45,826 nt of DNA from Bacteroidota bacterium (GTDB lineage Bacteria > Bacteroidota > Bacteroidia > Bacteroidales > UBA12077): NCBI GenBank assembly GCA_051747065.1, contig JBNJFT010000002.1:1-45826 (forward strand), in the 5' to 3' direction. Positions 30,866-40,218 of this stretch are shown piece by piece (positions within the stretch are counted from its first letter, which is position 1; each line of letters begins with the position of its first letter). The notes beneath the pieces are model-generated. The model searched no databases, was not told the origin of the DNA, and saw only the letters and a program-made list of their open reading frames with translations. Made by a program: the position numbers and the translations under genes.

Positions 30866-33800
30866 ATGAATTACTTGCAAAAACTTACATTCATTATTGG
30901 ATTGCTTTTGACCAGCCACTTACTAGTAGGTCAGGCAATCCAAACTACTTCCTATTCAGTGGAGAGCGGCCTTAGTCAATCCAATGTTACTTGTGTTTTG
31001 CAAGACAGCAGGGGCTTCTTGTGGGTGGCTACACAAGATGGTTTGAACAGATATGATGGATATGAGTTTAAAACCTATAAACACGACCCGGCCAATCAAA
31101 ATTCGATTTCTGACAATTTTATAAATGATTTGATTGAAGACAAAGAAGGCAACCTATGGATAGCTACAAATAAAGGTTTAAATAAATTCAATCCGTTGAA
31201 TGAAAATTTTACCACGTTTTATAAGTCAGATAGCAATAGTATCCCCAAAAATCAGGTTTTCCATTTATATGAGGATTCCAGGGGTATTATATGGATAAAG
31301 ACACTTCATTTTCTTTCTAAGTATAATCCTGAAAATGGAAAATTCACGAATTATAAGCATTTTAATGATTATTTCAATTTTCATGATGGCTCCAATAATT
31401 ATGATATTTTCGAAGATAATTCAGGCCGCTTATGGGTCGGGACAAAGGATGGATTAAATGTGTTTGATAGAGAACTGGAAATATTCAAAAGATATTATCA
31501 TAAAGATTCAGACCCTACAAGCATTAGTAATAATAATATACAAAATATTTTTCAGGACAAGGATGGAACAATATGGATAGCTACTGCTAATGGGCTCAAT
31601 AAATATTTACCCGAAAAAGACAGTTATAAGAGATATTATATCGAAGAGAAAATGGAGAGTCCTGTCGGAAGTAATACGTTTAATTTTATATACAGGGATA
31701 AGGAAGATATTGTATGGGTTGGAACTGATGGTGGATTGTATAGGTTTTATCCTGAAAAAGAAAAGTTCATACCTGCAGATGACCTGATAACTGGGAGAAA
31801 TCGGTTGTTAAGTGCTCAGATAAGAACGATTGAACAAAGTCGGTCCAAAATTATTTGGGTGGGAACCTTGCAGGGATTGGTCAAGTTACAGAAAAATCTG
31901 AAAGATTTTGATTTATATAAACACGATGCTAATGGTGATCCTCTCTTTGGTGACAATTTGATTGCTTCATTATTCTATGATTCGAAAAGTAATGAAATTT
32001 GGGTAGGTACATGGAATGATGGACTATACATATATAATACTGAATCTGATAATGTACGTAGAATAGATGCTCAATCCGGGTTGATACCAAGTAATGATGT
32101 TCATTCTATTTTTAAAGACAGTAGAGGGCGTTTATGGATTGGAACTCAAGATGGGGTATTGATCTACAAATTTGATAAAAAAAACTTTGTTAATATCTCT
32201 GACAAGGTTGATGATTTATCAGGTATTTTTGAGGAGAATCGGGTTTATGATATAGCTGAAGACACAAATGGAAATATTTGGTTTGGAACTAGAAATGGTT
32301 TGCACAAGTATAATGGAAAGGAAATAGAGAGCTATTATCATACGAGTTATGATTCTAATTCTTTGACTTCTAGCTTTGTTTATGATATTTTAGTTGATAG
32401 AGATAATCAAGTATGGATTGCTACTAATAAGGGCTTAAATAAATATAACAAAGAAAAAAACTCTTTTACTCGTTTTAAGAGGCAAAAGGTGGGCTGCCAA
32501 AATTGTTTGATCAATAACGAAGTGTTAACTCTTCATGAAGATGCAAAAGGATATATCTGGATAGGAACGGTAAGTGGACTAAATAGATTTGATAAAAAAA
32601 ATGAAGAGTTTCTTTCATATACTGAACAGAATGGTCTATCCAACAACCTTATCTATGCTATAAAGGAGGATGATAATGAAAATTTATGGATGAGTACAAA
32701 TCTTGGAATTTCGAAATTTAATCCAGACAATAAAGAATTCACCAATTATAGTCCTGCCGATGGATTGCAGGATTATGAATTTAATCACCTAGCTGCATAT
32801 AAAGCAAAGAATGGGAAGATGTTTTTTGGTGGTATTTCTGGTTTAAATTCTTTCTACCCGGATTCTATAAAAAAAAGCAATCATATTCCAAAAATATGCA
32901 TTACCTCTATTGAAATATTAACGGATAAAACAAGGAAGAAATACGATCTGATTGGTAAAGATAGCATTACTATACCCTATAATAACAATATGGTAACAAT
33001 CGAATTTACTGCTTTGGATTTTGCTGAGTCCGAAAAGAATAAATTCGCATATATGTTGAAGAATGTGGATAATGAATGGGTGAATATAGGGAAACGACGT
33101 TATGCAACTTTTTCAAATTTATCATCAGGGGATTATACTTTTGTTGTGAAAGGTTCTAATAATGATGGAGTTTGGAACGAAAAAGGTACCAGTTTAAATA
33201 TAATAGTAGAAACACCTCTCTGGAGAAATGATTTCTTTTATGTTGCATATTTGCTCACAGGGATTATTATTATATTGATGATCTTCCGCTGGCGCACTCG
33301 CAGACTTAGAAAATCCAACCAGCAACTTAAAGAAAGGGAAGTAATAGCCAAACAGATAGCTAAGCAAAAAGAAGAATTAAGCATAAAAAATAAGAATATT
33401 ACTGATAGTCTCATTTATGCAAAAAGGATTCAGGAAGCATTGTTACCTTCAGATTATACGTTTAAATCTCATCTTTCTGATTCTTTTATCTTTTATAAAC
33501 CTAAGGACATTGTAAGTGGCGATTTCTATTGGATTAATGAAAAAGATGATAAGATATTTGTAGCAGTGGTTGATTGTACGGGACATGGAGTGCCTGGAGC
33601 CTTTATGTCCATTATTGGCGTGGAATTATTAGATAATATTACAAATGAACAAGGTGTTGAGGACGCTGATAAAATTCTTTATGATCTCAATAAAGGAATA
33701 GCTCTCACTTTAACCAGGGATAATGAAACGCAAAATTCTATTAAGGATGGAATGGATATAGCACTTTGTGTGATTGATAAGAAAAATCAAACTATTGAGT

Positions 33801-34174
33801 TTGCAGGGGCTTTCAGACCTTTATATTTAGTTCGGGATAACAAAATTGAAGAAATTAAAGGAGACAGATTTTCTGTTGGTATGCTCGAAGAATCCATGGA
33901 AGTACCACAAATCAACAAACATAAATTTGAATTTAAAAAAGATGATGTGGTATATTTGTTCTCTGACGGTTACGCTGATCAATTTGGCGGGCCGGAGGGG
34001 AAAAAATATAAATATAGAAGGTTCAGGTATTTGCTTTTAACAATTCATAAATTCTCAATGGAGGAGCAAAGGAACTATCTTGCAAGAAGCATTGAAGAGT
34101 GGCAGGGAGACCATGAACAGGTTGATGATATTTTAATTGTTGGTTTTAAGCCGTTTGATAAGAAAAAAGAATAA
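30866..34174 (+). CDS. Transmembrane sensor: periplasmic two-component-regulator propeller repeats + Y_Y_Y domain fused to a cytoplasmic PP2C/SpoIIE-type Ser/Thr phosphatase
   Basis: Signal peptide from the ATG at 30866 (MNYLQKLTFIIGLLL). About 650 aa of reiterated Reg_prop-like blades follow (W[VI][AG]T..GLN[KR][FY]). Next come an Ig-like Y_Y_Y region (...YAYMLKNVDNEWVNIG...GDYTFVVKGSNNDGVWNE), one TM (FFYVAYLLTGIIIILMIF) and a coiled coil. The PP2C motifs are SGDFYW, VVDCTGHGVPGAFMS, DGMDIA, FSDGYADQFG and DDILIVGF. Confidence 0.8.
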   Translation: MNYLQKLTFIIGLLLTSHLLVGQAIQTTSYSVESGLSQSNVTCVLQDSRGFLWVATQDGLNRYDGYEFKTYKHDPANQNSISDNFINDLIEDKEGNLWIATNKGLNKFNPLNENFTTFYKSDSNSIPKNQVFHLYEDSRGIIWIKTLHFLSKYNPENGKFTNYKHFNDYFNFHDGSNNYDIFEDNSGRLWVGTKDGLNVFDRELEIFKRYYHKDSDPTSISNNNIQNIFQDKDGTIWIATANGLNKYLPEKDSYKRYYIEEKMESPVGSNTFNFIYRDKEDIVWVGTDGGLYRFYPEKEKFIPADDLITGRNRLLSAQIRTIEQSRSKIIWVGTLQGLVKLQKNLKDFDLYKHDANGDPLFGDNLIASLFYDSKSNEIWVGTWNDGLYIYNTESDNVRRIDAQSGLIPSNDVHSIFKDSRGRLWIGTQDGVLIYKFDKKNFVNISDKVDDLSGIFEENRVYDIAEDTNGNIWFGTRNGLHKYNGKEIESYYHTSYDSNSLTSSFVYDILVDRDNQVWIATNKGLNKYNKEKNSFTRFKRQKVGCQNCLINNEVLTLHEDAKGYIWIGTVSGLNRFDKKNEEFLSYTEQNGLSNNLIYAIKEDDNENLWMSTNLGISKFNPDNKEFTNYSPADGLQDYEFNHLAAYKAKNGKMFFGGISGLNSFYPDSIKKSNHIPKICITSIEILTDKTRKKYDLIGKDSITIPYNNNMVTIEFTALDFAESEKNKFAYMLKNVDNEWVNIGKRRYATFSNLSSGDYTFVVKGSNNDGVWNEKGTSLNIIVETPLWRNDFFYVAYLLTGIIIILMIFRWRTRRLRKSNQQLKEREVIAKQIAKQKEELSIKNKNITDSLIYAKRIQEALLPSDYTFKSHLSDSFIFYKPKDIVSGDFYWINEKDDKIFVAVVDCTGHGVPGAFMSIIGVELLDNITNEQGVEDADKILYDLNKGIALTLTRDNETQNSIKDGMDIALCVIDKKNQTIEFAGAFRPLYLVRDNKIEEIKGDRFSVGMLEESMEVPQINKHKFEFKKDDVVYLFSDGYADQFGGPEGKKYKYRRFRYLLLTIHKFSMEEQRNYLARSIEEWQGDHEQVDDILIVGFKPFDKKKE

Positions 34175-34310
34175 TTTAGTTTTTTCGCGTTCTGAGTTCT
34201 GGGTTCTGAATTCTTATAGTAATATAGCTGGTACTTCTGAAATTGCCGAATTATTCCTGTCTCCGACAGCGACTAAGTATAAAAAACAAAATTCAGCTTT
34301 TCTTACTATT

Positions 34311-36047
34311 CTATGGTTCTAGGAGGGTCTTCATTTTATTCATTAGAGTTTCAATTTGGAATGGTTTGCTTATGTAGTCATCTGTCCCGGCCGCTAAACA
34401 TTCTTCCTTGTCACCTAATAAAGCATTTGCTGTAATTGCGATAATGGGTGTGTGGGTATTGGTGCTTTTTTCTATATTGCGAATTTTCTTTGTTGTTACA
34501 ATACCATTCATTACTGGCATTTGTATGTCCATTAAAATTATATCATATTTTACGGAGCCAAATTTATCCAGAGCCTCTTTTCCATTGTTCGCCACATCAA
34601 CATTCTTAACAACTTTTTTGAGACTAAGTAAAACAATTTTTTGGTTGATAAGGTTGTCTTCTACTAATAAAACATTAGCATCTTCCAGGTTAATGGAAGG
34701 TTTTTGCCCTTTTTCTGCTGTTTGTGCTTGTGTTTCTGTTTTTGATTGATCTTCCTGTTCTTCAATTTTTGAAAACTCTAAGGTAAAACTAAATGTTTGT
34801 TCGTCTTGTTCGACGGAAACATCAAGCTTCCCTTCTAAAGAGCGAATTGTTCGTTGGGCAATGTTGATTTCTAGCTTGTTAACTATTTGTTCCTGCTGTT
34901 GTTGTTGATTTTTGGCCTTTATCTTACCTATTAATCCACTTAGGCCATGTGTAGTTAATTTGAAATTAACTTTAATCTTATTTTTATCTACTTCTTCTTT
35001 CTTAAGGGTTATTTTTATTTTTCTTTTTGAATCCTCTGAATGTTTGAGAATTTGTTCTGTAAGATTAAGGAATACTTGTTTTATCTTCACAGGATCTCCG
35101 ATAAGCTGGGAATCTACATCGGATTCTATGGTGAATAATTCTTGTTCCTCGACTGATTCTTTATCACTAAATAAATTAATTGTATTTTTAATTGTATTCA
35201 GCAACCCAAATTTGATCTCATATCTTTTCCTCTCCTGAATATCAACATTTGTTACTTCTGAAAAACTATTAACAACATCAACGATGTTATTTGTTGAGGC
35301 AAGAATTGTATCAAAATAATCTTTATGCTTTTCATCCAATTCTGAAGGATCAATCATATTCGAAACAACCACAATGTTATTAAGAGGAGTTCTGATCTGA
35401 TGCGAAACTGTTGAGATGAATTCATCCTTATCTTTTAATTCATCTTGAATCTGGGCAATTTCATCTTTATGTTTCTTAATTAGCTTTTGAATCGTTTCTC
35501 TTAATAATGAAATCAATAAAAAGCCACTTATATAGGCTACTATGTATAGTATCTTGTAGGTGATGTCAAAACTTGTCTGATAAAGCTCTGTTGTTGGGAG
35601 AAATAATATAATCAGGGAAGCAATTAAGAATAAACCGGATAGTAAGGTCCCTCTCTTTCCTGCCAACAAAACCGCAAATATTGGGTAAGTAGCATAAATA
35701 AGGATGTCTTCTTGTACTACTTTTCCTGACACTAATATAGTTAAGAAAAAAACGGTCATTATCGCCAAAAAAACATTTTTGGAAAGTTTGAATTTCCTTT
35801 CTTCTTTAGATGAAACGAATAACAGGTTTATCAGAATTAGAATAGTTGTGGAGGAATAGCTTACTAACAAAAACGTTTCCTGAGTGGTTAAATATTCGTC
35901 TATTCCATAAACAAGTAAAAATCCTAATGTGATAAAGGATAATATTCTAAAAACGAGCAGTTGGTTGTGGTTTATAATATTAAAAATGTCGTTTTTTCTG
36001 TAAAGAAAACTGGTAATACTATTAAAAATCTTCATAGAAGAGATCAC
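34311..36047 (-). CDS. Hybrid sensor histidine kinase/response regulator with degenerate ATP-binding (HATPase_c-like) domain
   Basis: About 6 TM helices at the N-terminus, a coiled coil, a DHp H-box FISTVSHQIRTPLNNI and an intact receiver (LLVEDN, DIILMDIQMP, IIAITA, SKPF). The region where the N, G1 and G2 boxes should lie reads QVFLNLTEQILKHS / KLTTHGLSGL / INIAQRTIRSLEGKL. The track start is a GTG, and the ATG at 36035 (MKIFN) is an alternative. Confidence 0.75.
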   Translation of the reverse strand: MISSMKIFNSITSFLYRKNDIFNIINHNQLLVFRILSFITLGFLLVYGIDEYLTTQETFLLVSYSSTTILILINLLFVSSKEERKFKLSKNVFLAIMTVFFLTILVSGKVVQEDILIYATYPIFAVLLAGKRGTLLSGLFLIASLIILFLPTTELYQTSFDITYKILYIVAYISGFLLISLLRETIQKLIKKHKDEIAQIQDELKDKDEFISTVSHQIRTPLNNIVVVSNMIDPSELDEKHKDYFDTILASTNNIVDVVNSFSEVTNVDIQERKRYEIKFGLLNTIKNTINLFSDKESVEEQELFTIESDVDSQLIGDPVKIKQVFLNLTEQILKHSEDSKRKIKITLKKEEVDKNKIKVNFKLTTHGLSGLIGKIKAKNQQQQQEQIVNKLEINIAQRTIRSLEGKLDVSVEQDEQTFSFTLEFSKIEEQEDQSKTETQAQTAEKGQKPSINLEDANVLLVEDNLINQKIVLLSLKKVVKNVDVANNGKEALDKFGSVKYDIILMDIQMPVMNGIVTTKKIRNIEKSTNTHTPIIAITANALLGDKEECLAAGTDDYISKPFQIETLMNKMKTLLEP

Positions 36048-36304
36048 CTTTTAATTTAATTGTAAAAATAAAAATAAATTCTTAATTCTTTTTAATATCT
36101 GTCAAAATTATAGAATTGATTTTATCTAATAAAATTTTGTGAATTCATGTATCAAAATTCAATGGTTATATTATTTTTGTTGTAGTGAACATTATAACAA
36201 ATTACAAAAAAATTTAATTTGTTATGGCAAGTTTTTTGCTTGTGAAATAGCACTAGAGCATTGAGTTAAATAGATAATGAAAAAACTTTAAATTCTGATA
36301 AATT

Positions 36305-37177
36305 ATGAAAGCCGGATTATTGACAACTATTTTGTTTCTCTTGGTATATGTTTCTTATGGACAAGAAGACTATGTCCCCAGCGAATCTGAATTGAATCGT
36401 TTTTTTAACACAAAGACTTATATTGTATTGGATCCTAATCCAATTTCTCATTATAATGCTAAGCTAAAAAAAGCTGCAAAAAATAACTGGGAAATTACTG
36501 ATTATGAGTTTCTGGATTATTCGAAATTTGATAAGATGCGAAAAAAGCCAGAATATTCATTTTTAGTTGAAAATATTGTAGTCTTTGATAAAGATAAAAC
36601 AAAAGCCCGGTATAGATTTTTGAGTCTGTTGATGGGAAAGAAAACACAATTAATAAAGAAAATGCCCACAATCGTTGCTGTCCCGTTATCCTACAAACAA
36701 GTAGATGAAGAGTATTATAGTTATAAGTTGGGAGTAATCGTAAGGTTCATACAAAAACATGCAAGACTGATGAAGGAAAATCCGGATATTATATCTGACG
36801 ATATTTTTGATTATTACAATAAAAATATGAAAGATATAAAAGATAAAACACTGTATTTTATTGAGGATGAATTAGCTGAAGAAGTCAACACAGAAGAGAA
36901 AATCAAAGAACATTATCCTCATGAAGTGAAAATTGTCTCTCGTGATGAGGTTGAAAAGGCTATAGAAGAAAAAAGAGAAGATGTGGTTTTCTTACACAAA
37001 GTCGGCCCTCAAGGAACAAGACACCATGCAAGGTGCTATAAAATTTTGATGGGTGCGAAGGATGCCGAGTTTTATTATTTTGATTATCACAATGTTAAAA
37101 AAGGAAAACGCCCTGATGGATTTCTGAAAAGGGATTTCAGGAAGTTAAAAAGAAAAGCAAGTGATGGTTGGTTTTAA
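36305..37177 (+). CDS. Hypothetical secreted protein, no family recognised
   Basis: 290 aa with a cleavable-looking signal peptide (MKAGLLTTILFLLVYVSYG/QEDY), Lys/Glu-rich. It ends 16 nt upstream of udk, so the two are probably co-transcribed. Confidence 0.6.
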   Translation: MKAGLLTTILFLLVYVSYGQEDYVPSESELNRFFNTKTYIVLDPNPISHYNAKLKKAAKNNWEITDYEFLDYSKFDKMRKKPEYSFLVENIVVFDKDKTKARYRFLSLLMGKKTQLIKKMPTIVAVPLSYKQVDEEYYSYKLGVIVRFIQKHARLMKENPDIISDDIFDYYNKNMKDIKDKTLYFIEDELAEEVNTEEKIKEHYPHEVKIVSRDEVEKAIEEKREDVVFLHKVGPQGTRHHARCYKILMGAKDAEFYYFDYHNVKKGKRPDGFLKRDFRKLKRKASDGWF

Positions 37178-37193
37178 TTAAAGATATAAGCCC

Positions 37194-37808
37194 ATGTTAG
37201 TTGTTGGTATTGCAGGAGGAACAGGCTCAGGAAAAACAACCGTAGTTAGAGAAGTTGTTCAAAGACTTCCGAAAGACGAAGTGGCTATTGTCCCTCAGGA
37301 TTCATATTACAAAGACAGCAGCCATATTCCCATGGAAGAGAGGCATGACATCAATTTTGACCACCCAAGCGCTATCGAATTTAAGCTTCTTATTGAGCAT
37401 ATTGCAAAACTAAAACAAGGAATTCCGGTTCAGCAACCTATATATTCTTATCTTACCAGTACTCGCTCTGAAGAAACGATAACTGTTGAGCCAAAAAATG
37501 TAATTATTATTGAAGGTATAATGATCCTTCAGAATTTGAAGCTTAGAAATTTAATGGATATTAAGGTATTTGTTGATGCCGATAACGATGATAGATTAAT
37601 GAGAGTGGTGCAAAGAGATATAGAAGAAAGAGGCAGGTCTGTAAGCAAAGTGTTGAAGCGATATGAAGAAACTGTAAAACCGATGCACTTGCAATTTATT
37701 GAACCAACCAAACGATACGCTGATATTATTATTCCCCAGGGAGGGAAAAATAAAGTTGCCATAGATATTTTGACATCCATAATTGAGAAAAACCTTTATG
37801 ATGATTAA
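37194..37808 (+). CDS. udk: Uridine kinase
   Basis: P-loop GIAGGTGSGKTT, about 204 aa, typical Udk pattern (...DSYYKD...NFDHPSA.E...IIEGI...). Confidence 0.93.
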   Translation: MLVVGIAGGTGSGKTTVVREVVQRLPKDEVAIVPQDSYYKDSSHIPMEERHDINFDHPSAIEFKLLIEHIAKLKQGIPVQQPIYSYLTSTRSEETITVEPKNVIIIEGIMILQNLKLRNLMDIKVFVDADNDDRLMRVVQRDIEERGRSVSKVLKRYEETVKPMHLQFIEPTKRYADIIIPQGGKNKVAIDILTSIIEKNLYDD

Positions 37809-37825
37809 CAGGAGGATGCTTTTTT

Positions 37826-38551
37826 ATGTTAGATAAAATTAACCCTTTTAATATTCTGTTCCTTGATATTGAAACTGTGCCGCTAAAGCCTAGTTTTAAT
37901 GAATTACCTGAAAAGTTTAAATATTTTTGGGAGAAAAAATCAAAAAGAATTCGCTCTGAGGAAGAGAGTGCTGAGGATGTTTACTCGAGGGCAGGTATAT
38001 ATTCAGAATTTGGTAAAATTGTATGTATCTCAGTTGGAGTCCTTAAAAACGGGAGTGAATCGAAGTATGGATTTAGAGTGAAATCTTTTTATGGTGCAGA
38101 TGAAAAGGAATTGCTTCAAGGGTTTTCAGAGATGGTTCAGAAATTTTCATCAAAAAAAGACGCCCGCCTTTGTGCGCATAACGGAAAAGAATTTGATTTC
38201 CCTTATATCGCCAGAAGAATGTTGATAAACGGCTTGCCTGTTCCCGAAATACTTAATGTGCCTGGCAAAAAGCCATGGGAGGTTCCATTTCTTGATACAA
38301 TGGAACTGTGGAAATTTGGGGATTACAAAAACTATACAAGCCTGGATTTATTAACATATGTTTTTGAAATACCAACACCTAAAGATGATATTGACGGAAG
38401 CATGGTAGGAAAAGTATTCTGGGAAGATAATGATGTGGAAAGAATTGTACATTATTGTGAAAAGGATGCTTTGGCAGTGGCACAGCTGTTTTTAAGATTC
38501 AGAGGCGAGAAACTTGTGGATGAACAAGACCTCGAACGCGCGACTGATTAG
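37826..38551 (+). CDS. 3'-5' exonuclease related to the PolB exonuclease domain (DEDDy, RNase H-like fold)
   Basis: Exo I LFLDIETVP, Exo II HNGKEFDFPYI and Exo III HYCEKDALAVAQL. Preceded by AGGAGG at 37810-37815. Confidence 0.75.
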   Translation: MLDKINPFNILFLDIETVPLKPSFNELPEKFKYFWEKKSKRIRSEEESAEDVYSRAGIYSEFGKIVCISVGVLKNGSESKYGFRVKSFYGADEKELLQGFSEMVQKFSSKKDARLCAHNGKEFDFPYIARRMLINGLPVPEILNVPGKKPWEVPFLDTMELWKFGDYKNYTSLDLLTYVFEIPTPKDDIDGSMVGKVFWEDNDVERIVHYCEKDALAVAQLFLRFRGEKLVDEQDLERATD

Positions 38552-39375
38552 CCATCGGACAAAAAATTTCTTACTGTATCAATAAACATTTCCCTTTGTT
38601 CTGCATGTACCCAATGTCCGGCATCTTTAATGGTTTGAATAGTCGCATTAGGAAAGATAGTCTTTATCTCATTTTTTTCATTTTCTCCAATATAATCTGA
38701 TTTTTCTCCTTTAATAAAAAGAACGGAATATTGGCTTTCTTTGGGTTTATCACTTTTGCCGGAATATTCTCCGGTGTCTATGCCATCAACAATGCTGGGA
38801 AGTTCGTTTCTAAGAGTATTTATATTTAGCGTCCAGCGAAATTTCCCTTTTTTGTCTCTTTTTAAATTCTTCAACAGAAACTGACGAACTTGTTTGTATG
38901 GAATTGACTCTGAAAGCTTCTTATCAGCATCACGGAGGGTTTCTATATTTTCGGTATCTAAGTTGTATAATGCATTAAGAATATTTAAGTGATTTAATGT
39001 ATTAGGTGAAGGTTCCGCTAAAGACTTGTAAGCTCCCGGGGCAATGTCAACAACAATCATGTTTTTTACTTTATCGGGATATTCAAGGGCAAAATATATT
39101 GCCGTTTTCCCACCCATTGAATGACCTAAAACAGAAGCTTCTCTGATTCCTTTATCTTCCATGAATTCCAATAAATCATCACGCATTAAAAAATAATTAT
39201 GGTTTTTACTGTGTGGTGAATTTCCATGATTTCTCAAATCAATTAAATAAACTCTATAAGACTGCGCCAATTGTTTCCCGATATTTAACCAGTTATCAGA
39301 GGAGCCATAAAGTCCGTGAAGAATTATTAGAGGTTGAGTGTTGCTTTCGCCTAATAGTCTGTAAAAAAGTTGCAT
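38548..39375 (-). CDS. Alpha/beta hydrolase, YbfF-like esterase
   Basis: HGLYGSSDNW, DLRNHGNSPH, nucleophile elbow GHSMGG, VVDIAP and GHWVHAEQ. It aligns by eye with E. coli YbfF. Confidence 0.8.
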   Translation of the reverse strand: MQLFYRLLGESNTQPLIILHGLYGSSDNWLNIGKQLAQSYRVYLIDLRNHGNSPHSKNHNYFLMRDDLLEFMEDKGIREASVLGHSMGGKTAIYFALEYPDKVKNMIVVDIAPGAYKSLAEPSPNTLNHLNILNALYNLDTENIETLRDADKKLSESIPYKQVRQFLLKNLKRDKKGKFRWTLNINTLRNELPSIVDGIDTGEYSGKSDKPKESQYSVLFIKGEKSDYIGENEKNEIKTIFPNATIQTIKDAGHWVHAEQREMFIDTVRNFLSDG

Positions 39376-39387
39376 GTTTTTATTTTT

Positions 39388-40101
39388 TTAACTTAATTGC
39401 CTAAGGTAGAGTTGAATAGTGTTTTCAAGTCCATAGTAAAGTGCATCGGAAATTAGCGCATGGCCAATGGAAACTTCTAATAAACCGGGAATATGGTCAT
39501 TAAAATATTTTAAATTATCTAAATTAAGGTCATGACCGGCGTTTAGGCCTAAATCTACACTATTAGCTGTCTCTGCTGCTTTTATGAATGGTTCAATAGC
39601 TTTTTCTTTACTATCTGAGAATCCAGAAGCAAATGGTTCTGTATATAATTCAACGCGATCTGTCCCTGTGTCTGTTGCGTGTTTTATTTTTTCATCATCT
39701 GTTTCAATAAAGAGGGAGGTTCTTATGTTGAATTGTTTTAATTGCTGAATAACTTCTGTTAAAAAATTTTTATGTTTAATCGTATCCCAGCCCTGATTAG
39801 AAGTTAAAGCGTTTGGAGGATCGGGTACCATTGTTACCTGATGAGGTTTAATCATAGTGACCAGTTTTAAAAATGCTTCCGATGGATAACCTTCAATATT
39901 GAACTCCGTTGTTATGATTGGGCGAATATCATTGACATCCTGATATGTAATATGGCGTTCATCTGGTCGGGGATGAACTGTCACCCCATGTGCGCCGAAT
40001 CTTTGACAATTCACTGCTGCCTTATAAACATTTGGTATATTTCCTCCTCTTGCATTTCTGAGTGTAGCAATTTTGTTTATATTTACACTTAATCTTGTCA
40101 T
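39388..40101 (-). CDS. pdxJ: Pyridoxine 5'-phosphate synthase
   Basis: LSVNINKIATLRNARGG, HPRPDERHI, EGYP and NAGHDLN motifs; 237 aa. Confidence 0.95.
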   Translation of the reverse strand: MTRLSVNINKIATLRNARGGNIPNVYKAAVNCQRFGAHGVTVHPRPDERHITYQDVNDIRPIITTEFNIEGYPSEAFLKLVTMIKPHQVTMVPDPPNALTSNQGWDTIKHKNFLTEVIQQLKQFNIRTSLFIETDDEKIKHATDTGTDRVELYTEPFASGFSDSKEKAIEPFIKAAETANSVDLGLNAGHDLNLDNLKYFNDHIPGLLEVSIGHALISDALYYGLENTIQLYLRQLS

Positions 40102-40218
40102 AATTTTTGCATATTGTTATAGTAGAATAAATTATAAATTATAAATTATAAAATAGAACAAAGTTTGTCAGCGTTTTGTTGATACTGCAAATTTAAGTTT
40201 TTTGGTTAAATTGTTCCA

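Noticed and set aside
34189-34209. GTTCTGA-GTTCTGG-GTTCTGA tandem heptamers between the convergent PP2C and kinase genes
   Set aside because: It is only 21 nt long, with no flanking structure or partner copy elsewhere in the window. I treat it as chance or slippage.
34137-34322. 61-aa plus-strand ORF covering the convergent intergenic region
   Set aside because: It starts inside the 3' end of the PP2C gene in another frame and ends inside the kinase gene. It has no start context and no motifs.
38548-38551. Convergent exonuclease and esterase genes overlap by 4 nt at their stop codons (TTAG), with no terminator between them
   Set aside because: It is real but commonplace in compact genomes and implies nothing specific.
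40128-40155. TAAATTA heptamer repeated 3 times plus one imperfect copy in the pdxJ/CBS divergent region
   Set aside because: It is a very short, pure A/T micro-repeat in promoter DNA. It most likely reflects slippage or curvature-prone sequence, and I have no evidence of function.
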